From contig JAGOQQ010000005.1 in assembly GCA_017991395.1 (NCBI GenBank), positions 4,726-68,725 on the forward strand: 64,000 nt of DNA, read 5' to 3'. A program made the position numbers and the translations under genes. Positions 57,377-64,000 of this stretch are shown piece after piece. Origin of the DNA: Minisyncoccota bacterium. Lineage in GTDB: Bacteria; Patescibacteriota; Minisyncoccia; Phycocordibacterales; UBA9973. The notes beneath the pieces are model-generated. The model saw only the letters and a list, made by a program, of their open reading frames with translations. It had not been told where the DNA came from and did no database searches. The stretch's first letter is position 1. Every line of letters starts with the position of its first letter.

Positions 57377-60007
57377 CTACTTGTGGGCACGCAAAATTTT
57401 CTTCAAATATTTTCCAGTATAACTTTTTGGAGTATTCGCCACTTCTTCTGGTGTTCCCTTCGCCACAATGTCTCCACCACCCACGCCACCTTCTGGACCA
57501 ATATCAATAATATAATCCGCACACTTTATAATATCGAGATTGTGTTCGATCAACACCACAGAATTTCCTTTTATCACAAGTTGACTCAGTACACCTAAAA
57601 GATTGGCAACATCATCATAATGAAGTCCTACAGTTGGTTCGTCGAGTAGATAGATTGTTTTTTCGAGATGTGGACGATAGAGTTCCGAAGAAATTTTCAC
57701 ACGTTGCGCTTCTCCACCTGAAAGTGTAGTTGCACTTTGTCCAAGCTTCACATAGCCGAGTCCAACATCCATCAATGTTTTCAGTCGATCATAAATAGCG
57801 GGAATATCTTCAAAAAATGTCAGACCTTCTTCGACAGTCATCTGAAGTACTTCATAAATATTTTTGCCACCGAGTTTTGATTTTGTTGCACCTTTAAATT
57901 TGACTTGGAGAGTTTCTTTGTCAAAACGTTTTCCACCACACACATCACACGTCACATATACGGTTGGCAAAAAATGCATCTCTACAGCAATTTCTCCATT
58001 TCCTTCGCAGGCTTCACAACGTCCACCTTTGACATTGAACGAAAATCTATTTGCCTTCCATCCTCGAAGTCTCGCTTCTTCTGTTGTCGCAAACAAATCT
58101 CGAATAAAAGTAAATGATCCTGTATAGGTCGCAATATTCGAACGAGGTGTTCGGCCAATTGGTGATTGGTCTATCAATATCGCGCGCGACAAATATTCTG
58201 TACCAGAAAATGATGCACAGTTGTATGTTTGTGCACTTCGAAATTTTCGCTCATATCGTGCGAGAAGATTTTTGTGCAGAATCTCGTACATAAATGAACT
58301 CTTCCCACTTCCTGACACACCCGTAATACACACGAGCTTTCCAAGCGGAAGCTCAACATTCATATTTTTAATATTAAACACTTTTCCTCCAACAACCTTG
58401 AGAGATCCTTTATCAGAAGTTCTACGTTTTTCTGGAATTTCGATTCGTGCTTCACCGCGAAGATATGCGAGCGTACGAGATTTTGAAGGATTGGTCTTGG
58501 CATCAAGAAGCTTGCCGAGATAATCTGCGACAATCACTTCCCCGCCATGCACACCGGCCTTTGGACCAATATCAATAATATAGTCCGATGCAAAAATAGT
58601 ATCTTCATCATGTTCCACTACGAGAATTGTATTCCCCAGATCGCGAAGATTTTCGAGAGTCCTAATGAGACGTTCGTTGTCGCGTTGGTGAAGTCCAATT
58701 GTCGGCTCATCAAGTACATACAGAGCTCCCACAAGTCGTGAACCAAGTTGTGATGCAAGACGAATACGTTGTGATTCACCGCCTGAAAGCGTGTTTGTTT
58801 TTCGGTCGAGTGAAAGGTATTCAAGTCCCACATTCAACAGGAACTCAAGCCGAGCTTCAATTTCTCGAATGACTGGTTTTGATATTTCTTTTTCTGAAGG
58901 AGATAATTTGAGTTCAATAAAAAAGTCTACTGCCAATTGAATAGACATTCTGGTTAGTTCTACTATGTTTATTTTCTTCCCGTTTGTTGCCACTAGAAAC
59001 ACGTTTAATGCTTCTGACCGAAGTCGCGCACCTTTACAATCATCACAAGGCTCATCTCCTCCAAAATACTTTGAACCCAACCCATTACAAGTTGGACAGG
59101 CACCGTATGGCGAGTTGAATGAAAATAGTCTTGGTTCCACTTCAGGAAAAGAGAATCCGTCATTTTTACATGCAAATTTTGCAGACATGATAAATTCTTC
59201 TTCACCAATCGAAATAGTCACCAATCCATCGGCTTCAAGAAGTGCCCGCTCAATTGCCTCAGCAAGTCGCATTCGAGAATCATTTGGATTGTCTTTAAAT
59301 TCATGAAGTGCAAATTCGTCAATCAGAATATCTATCGAGTGTTTCTTTTGTTTTGAAAGCTCAATACGGTCGCGAAGGTTTTTCATCTGTCCGTCGAGAC
59401 GTACGCGAGAATACCCTTTTCCGAGTAGATCATACAGTAGCTGATAGTACTCACCTTTTCTTCCACGCACCACAGGCGCATACACAGTGAGAGGAATCTC
59501 ATTCCACTCCACGCCCATGACAGATTTTTTCTTTTTATTTGAATTTGTGTACTCAGTGATTTTTTGTTGAACAAACGAAGTGATTTCTTCGTTTGAAAGT
59601 TTTTTAATTTCTTCACCACACTCCGGACAATGCGGATGACCCACACGAGCATACAGCACGCGAAGATAGTCGTACATTTCGGTGATTGTTGCCACAGTCG
59701 AACGTGGGTTGTTTGAGCGAGATTTTTGATCTATTGAGATTGCGGGTGAAAGCCCTGTGATTTCATCTACATCTGGCTTGGGCATTTGATTCAAAAATTG
59801 CCGTGCGTATGCAGAAAGAGATTCCACATACCGTCTTTGACCTTCTGCGAAAATAGTATCAAACGCGAGAGAACTTTTGCCACTTCCAGACATACCCGTA
59901 ACCACCACCATTTTGTTTCGTGGCATCTCAACTGAAATATTTTTGAGATTGTGAGTTCGAGCACCTTTGACCACAATCAATTCACTTTTTTCGTTATTTT
60001 TTTTCAT
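57377..60007 (-). CDS. uvrA: excinuclease ABC subunit A
   Basis: It has two ABC ATPase modules ([23 protein letters not shown]) and zinc-finger Cys clusters (CPECG, CPTCNG, CEAC). Confidence 0.9.
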   Translation of the reverse strand: MKKNNEKSELIVVKGARTHNLKNISVEMPRNKMVVVTGMSGSGKSSLAFDTIFAEGQRRYVESLSAYARQFLNQMPKPDVDEITGLSPAISIDQKSRSNNPRSTVATITEMYDYLRVLYARVGHPHCPECGEEIKKLSNEEITSFVQQKITEYTNSNKKKKSVMGVEWNEIPLTVYAPVVRGRKGEYYQLLYDLLGKGYSRVRLDGQMKNLRDRIELSKQKKHSIDILIDEFALHEFKDNPNDSRMRLAEAIERALLEADGLVTISIGEEEFIMSAKFACKNDGFSFPEVEPRLFSFNSPYGACPTCNGLGSKYFGGDEPCDDCKGARLRSEALNVFLVATNGKKINIVELTRMSIQLAVDFFIELKLSPSEKEISKPVIREIEARLEFLLNVGLEYLSLDRKTNTLSGGESQRIRLASQLGSRLVGALYVLDEPTIGLHQRDNERLIRTLENLRDLGNTILVVEHDEDTIFASDYIIDIGPKAGVHGGEVIVADYLGKLLDAKTNPSKSRTLAYLRGEARIEIPEKRRTSDKGSLKVVGGKVFNIKNMNVELPLGKLVCITGVSGSGKSSFMYEILHKNLLARYERKFRSAQTYNCASFSGTEYLSRAILIDQSPIGRTPRSNIATYTGSFTFIRDLFATTEEARLRGWKANRFSFNVKGGRCEACEGNGEIAVEMHFLPTVYVTCDVCGGKRFDKETLQVKFKGATKSKLGGKNIYEVLQMTVEEGLTFFEDIPAIYDRLKTLMDVGLGYVKLGQSATTLSGGEAQRVKISSELYRPHLEKTIYLLDEPTVGLHYDDVANLLGVLSQLVIKGNSVVLIEHNLDIIKCADYIIDIGPEGGVGGGDIVAKGTPEEVANTPKSYTGKYLKKILRAHK

Positions 60008-60155
60008 TGCATTATCTCTGACTAATTGCCAGTAAAAACACTATGAGCCCCATCAAAACTGTATGGGGGTATATGTGTTTGGTTGTACATGTATAGTACC
60101 ACAAAATGGACAAATAAATACTCTGCTTCAAAAGATTGACTTTCGAATATAATTA

Positions 60156-60410
60156 TTGTTAAATGGTTTAAACCCAAAAAATAATATCATGGAAAACGTT
60201 ACGCGAGGATTACAAATAGTGTTCTTCATTTCACTATTTGCACTGTATGTGTGCACAACATTCAATCTTTACCCAAATGAAATAGTGATTGAAGAATATC
60301 TATCTAAGTTAAATTTCTTTGCTCGCCTTATTATCGCAAGCGTACTCACGATGATTTTGTTTTTATTGTATTTTTTTGCTGGAAATAAAATGATAAAAGA
60401 AGTTGACTAA
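60156..60410 (+). CDS. small hypothetical membrane protein
   Basis: It has two predicted TM helices. Its stop overlaps the next ORF's start (ATGA-type). Confidence 0.4.
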   Translation: MLNGLNPKNNIMENVTRGLQIVFFISLFALYVCTTFNLYPNEIVIEEYLSKLNFFARLIIASVLTMILFLLYFFAGNKMIKEVD

Positions 60411-61459
60411 TGGCACAGTGGGTGGATTTTGTTTTTACAAAATCCACCTTTTTTATTTGGAACAATCTATACGAAGGATTACACTATATGTATATGAAAA
60501 AGTTTTTAATATTTCTTGGTGTCTTGTGTGCACCACTTATTAGTCTCGCGCACGTTGGATATGTTGTCGGACCCGAAGAGCTTCCCTTGTATATGGGTAA
60601 TGACGGAGCATTTTTGTGGAGTGCATTATCGGACTCATACAATGTCATACTTACTCTAGTAGTGCTCGCATTGTTTATACTCGTGTACTGGATTGCGCAC
60701 CACAATTATTTTATTGAAAAGTATCTCAAAAAGATTCGTGCAAAAATTGAAACCTATTATGAATTCATTCCATGGATTCTACGCCTCTCACTTGGAATAG
60801 CACTCATTGGCGCGGGCTCAGCCCACACGCTCATTTCTCCCCTCTTGCCACAAATGCCACATTTTGCACTCATGCAAGTGGTACTCGGCTTTATGATGCT
60901 TGCAGGATTCTTGCTCACACCAGTAATTATATTTACAATAGTCTTGTTTTTGTTTGCACTCCTTCAAGATGCATACCTGATCGGAAATATTGAATTTATT
61001 TTTGGAGCATTCGCATTGCTCATACTTGGCAACGACCGCCCAGGACTTGATGACATTTTGATGATTCCCGTACATAAAATTGAATCACTCAAAAAATATG
61101 TACCTCTCGTGATTCGACTTGGCCTCGGTGGTGCAATGATATATCTTGCATTATTTGAAAAACTTTTCAATCCACATATTTCAGAACTCGTTGTGACAAA
61201 ATTCAATCTCACTTCGGTGATTGGTGTCTCGCCTGAAATGTGGGTTCTCGCAGCAGGACTGATTGAACTACTCGTTGGACTATTTATTTTTATTGGATAT
61301 CATACACGACTCACATCTGCGATAGCATTTCTCGTGATCACCACAACATTTTTCTATTTCAAAGAAGATGTGTACTCACACGTTACACTCTTTGGAATGC
61401 TTTCAGTACTGTTTATTACAGGAGGAGGCGCGATGAGTGCGGACTTTAATCGCAGATAA
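60410..61459 (+). CDS. hypothetical polytopic membrane protein
   Basis: It has about 8 TM segments. An alternative start is at MYMKKFLIF (60488). The final codons and stop are encoded by a GCGGAC-type repeat. Confidence 0.5.
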   Translation: MAQWVDFVFTKSTFFIWNNLYEGLHYMYMKKFLIFLGVLCAPLISLAHVGYVVGPEELPLYMGNDGAFLWSALSDSYNVILTLVVLALFILVYWIAHHNYFIEKYLKKIRAKIETYYEFIPWILRLSLGIALIGAGSAHTLISPLLPQMPHFALMQVVLGFMMLAGFLLTPVIIFTIVLFLFALLQDAYLIGNIEFIFGAFALLILGNDRPGLDDILMIPVHKIESLKKYVPLVIRLGLGGAMIYLALFEKLFNPHISELVVTKFNLTSVIGVSPEMWVLAAGLIELLVGLFIFIGYHTRLTSAIAFLVITTTFFYFKEDVYSHVTLFGMLSVLFITGGGAMSADFNRR

Positions 61460-61756
61460 TCACAGAAAACACGCGGATAGTCGCGGACAAGAGAACACTT
61501 ATGAAGGGCTAAAGCTTAAAGAAATTGGTTTCCTAAAACCAGAATCCTCCTCATTTGAATCATTGCGCAAGGCTGACGAGCCGAGCATAGCAAAAATTCA
61601 GCAGAATTTTATGCGTGATTAAGGGAACACTTATGCAAAGCTCAAAATGAGGAGGATTGGAAAGAGAAAACATCTTTGAGATCCTGAAACAAGTTCAGGA
61701 TGACACAATGCAGAATTTAACTAAAACCTAAAGACTAGCGACTAAAGACTGAATTT

Positions 61757-63895
61757 TTAACTTTTAGGTTCAAGCTTTCTCTTCAATACCACAATCTCGT
61801 CTCTTAATATCGCTGCTGTTTCAAAATCAAGCTCTTTGACGGCTTTACTCATTTCTTTTTCTTTGAGCTTTACGATTTTCTCATACACCATAAGCTCACG
61901 TTCTTCATCAGACATGTATCGCTTTTCAAGTGCGCCTTTCAATGACTTTGCAGGTTTGTTCAATTCTTTTGCATACGCTTTTTTAAATAGCTCTACGTCG
62001 AGTGCAAGCTCGGCATTGACTGCCTTGCCGTGCTCACTTTCCATTTGCTCAGTAATATCTTTGATATTTTTCTTAATTGTTGTTGGAGTTATTTTGTGTT
62101 TTTTGTTGTACGCAATTTGAATTTCTCGACGACGATTTGTTTCTTTTATTGCGCGGTCCATCGAACCAGTCAGGTTGTCAGCATACAAGACAACGTGACC
62201 TTTGCTATTTCTCGCTGCACGGCCAATTGTTTGTATCAAAGATGTCTCACTTCGAAGAAATCCTTCTTTATCCGCATCAAGAATTCCGATAAGTTCCACT
62301 TCCGGCAAATCAAGTCCTTCTCGAAGCAAGTTTACTCCAACAAGACAATCAAATTCCCCACGACGAAATTGTGACAAAATTTTGATTCGGTCCATTGTCT
62401 TGATATCACTATGAAGATATTCAGAATTTATTTTCTTTCCTTTTTCTGGAGGAAGCTCTTTCAAATACGAAGCCAGATCTTCCGCCATTTTTTTTGTGAG
62501 AGTTGTCGCAAGTACACGTCCACCACCAACAATTGTTTTGCGAGCCTCATCAATAAAATCTTGTATCTGTCCTTTGTATGCACCAGTCGGAACTATTGGG
62601 CGTATTGAGAGTACTGGATCAAGCAATCCAGTCGGGCGAATAATTTGCTCTACCACTTGGTCACTCGACTCACGTTCAAGAAGCGACGGTGTCGCCGAGA
62701 CATATACTACTTGTCCAATTCGTTCTTCAAATTCAGGGTACTTTAGTGGACGATTATCCTTTGCAGACGGAAGTCGAAAACCAAATTCCACAAGTGTCTG
62801 CTTTCGAGATGCATCACCTGCGTACATTCCCTGGAGTTGCGGAAGTGTCACGTGTGATTCATCAATGACTGTCAAAAATTCTGGCGTTCCATCTTTTGCA
62901 TGAGGAAAATATGAAAGCAGTGTCTCAGGTGGTTCGCCTTCTTTTTTTCCTGCGAAGTGTCGAGAATAATTTTCAATACCAGAGCAATATCCAACCTCAC
63001 GAATCATCGCCAAGTCATAGCTAGTTCTTCGCTTGATACGCTCCACTTCAAGTAGCTTCCCTTCCTTTTGAAATTTTTTGAGCTGAAGTTCAAGCTCTTT
63101 TTTAATATCTTTCATTGCCCGTTCGAGTTCTTTGTCTTGTGTAATAAAATGCTTTGCAGGAAAAATAAAAATATTTTCTGGTGTCTCCAGGATTTCTGAA
63201 GTGATTGGATCGATTTTCAAAATTTTAGTAATCGAATTTCCCATCAATTCAATTGAGTACATAAATGTTTCCGATACTGGCATCACATCAAGTCGTGCAC
63301 CAGTAGAGCGAAATTGTCCTGGAGAAAGATCGGCATTTGTTCGTTCAAAATGAACATCCACCAGCTTTCGCATCAAATCATTGCGATTGATTTTGTCGCC
63401 AATACTCAAACGAGTATTTTTTTCTTCGTATTGTTTTGGTGAGCCCAATCCATACAAACACGACACTGATGCGACAATAATCACATCCTTTCGTGTGAGA
63501 AGTGCTTGGGTCGTCGCATGTCTCAATCGATCAATTTCTTTGTTGATTTGTGCATCCTTTTCAATAAAAGTATCCGTCACCGGCATGTATGCTTCGGGCT
63601 GGTAGTAGTCGTAGTACGATACAAAATAATGCACTGCGTGGTCTGGGAAAAATTCTCGAAACTCTTGTGCGAGCTGTGCAGCCAGAGTTTTGTTGTGAGC
63701 AATAACAAGAGTTGGCTTGCTAATGTTTGCGATCACATGCGCCATTGTAAAAGTCTTCCCAGTTCCGGTAGCACCAAGAAGGGTTTGCTTTCGCAATCCC
63801 TTTTTTATCCCTTCAGTGAGCTGTCGTATAGCTTCTGGCTGATCGCCCGCGGGAGAGTAGTCACTCTTTAAATTAAATATAGATTTGTTGGACAT
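61757..63895 (-). CDS. uvrB: excinuclease ABC subunit B
   Basis: It contains SGDQPEAIRQL and GATGTGKTFTMA, helicase motifs and the C-terminal UvrB/UvrC interaction domain (DFETAAILRDEIVVLK). I chose the Met at 63895. Confidence 0.9.
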   Translation of the reverse strand: MSNKSIFNLKSDYSPAGDQPEAIRQLTEGIKKGLRKQTLLGATGTGKTFTMAHVIANISKPTLVIAHNKTLAAQLAQEFREFFPDHAVHYFVSYYDYYQPEAYMPVTDTFIEKDAQINKEIDRLRHATTQALLTRKDVIIVASVSCLYGLGSPKQYEEKNTRLSIGDKINRNDLMRKLVDVHFERTNADLSPGQFRSTGARLDVMPVSETFMYSIELMGNSITKILKIDPITSEILETPENIFIFPAKHFITQDKELERAMKDIKKELELQLKKFQKEGKLLEVERIKRRTSYDLAMIREVGYCSGIENYSRHFAGKKEGEPPETLLSYFPHAKDGTPEFLTVIDESHVTLPQLQGMYAGDASRKQTLVEFGFRLPSAKDNRPLKYPEFEERIGQVVYVSATPSLLERESSDQVVEQIIRPTGLLDPVLSIRPIVPTGAYKGQIQDFIDEARKTIVGGGRVLATTLTKKMAEDLASYLKELPPEKGKKINSEYLHSDIKTMDRIKILSQFRRGEFDCLVGVNLLREGLDLPEVELIGILDADKEGFLRSETSLIQTIGRAARNSKGHVVLYADNLTGSMDRAIKETNRRREIQIAYNKKHKITPTTIKKNIKDITEQMESEHGKAVNAELALDVELFKKAYAKELNKPAKSLKGALEKRYMSDEERELMVYEKIVKLKEKEMSKAVKELDFETAAILRDEIVVLKRKLEPKS

Positions 63896-64000
63896 AAATT
63901 TTAGTATCATTTTTCATCCCCTAAATGATGGTTGACTTGGGATCTTTCGTTAGACCAACAACGCCCACATTTCAAGATCAATAAATTTTCCATTCTGAAT

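Noticed and set aside
1-64000. Search for CRISPR arrays, rRNA genes, a tmRNA/RNase P signature, and integrase/transposase genes
   Set aside because: I found no regularly spaced direct repeats with unique spacers. I found no rRNA-like conserved blocks. I found no recognisable tyrosine/serine recombinase or DDE transposase motifs in any ORF. The tRNA-linked elements therefore appear non-autonomous within this window.

Overview
This 64-kb window is low-GC and gene-dense, and reads like a reduced-genome bacterium of the Patescibacteria/CPR type. Proteins are short, Shine-Dalgarno signals are weak, IF-2 and UvrC are truncated, and many genes encode small hypothetical secreted or membrane proteins. 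Identifiable housekeeping genes are miaA, rpmG, clpB, iscS-like, infB-rbfA, lepA, murJ, leuS, murB, ychF, tatAAC, a family-4 udg, ndh, ddl, uvrC, uvrA, uvrB, an ogt-like methyltransferase, an ECF sigma/anti-sigma pair and seven tRNAs (Trp, Tyr, Leu-TAA, Cys, Lys, Leu-TAG, Ala). I found no rRNA and no CRISPR array. The most unusual content is in six places. (1) A family of tRNA-3'-end-associated elements: T-loop-truncated copies of tRNA 3' ends, joined to conserved non-tRNA end sequences, lie downstream of 5 of the 7 tRNAs. The largest element is an AT-rich ~2.7-kb islet at tRNA-Ala carrying a DUF3800 two-gene module. (2) An 11-bp-periodic TCCGCG(T)NNNN tandem repeat is inserted in-frame in lepA and leuS and is scattered in intergenic mosaic repeats together with other 11-bp-phased modules and conserved hairpins. 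(3) An XRE regulator with a PLD(HKD)-SNF2 helicase fusion gene, truncated at the window edge. (4) A GC-rich, multi-stem ~360-nt leader whose last hairpin sequesters the RBS of a DUF559 endonuclease gene bracketed by 35-bp terminal inverted repeats. (5) A cohesin-like/dockerin surface-protein cluster next to the Tat translocase genes. (6) A giant Thr/Gly-rich repeat protein. All calls are from manual reading and motif recognition only. No database searches were run.
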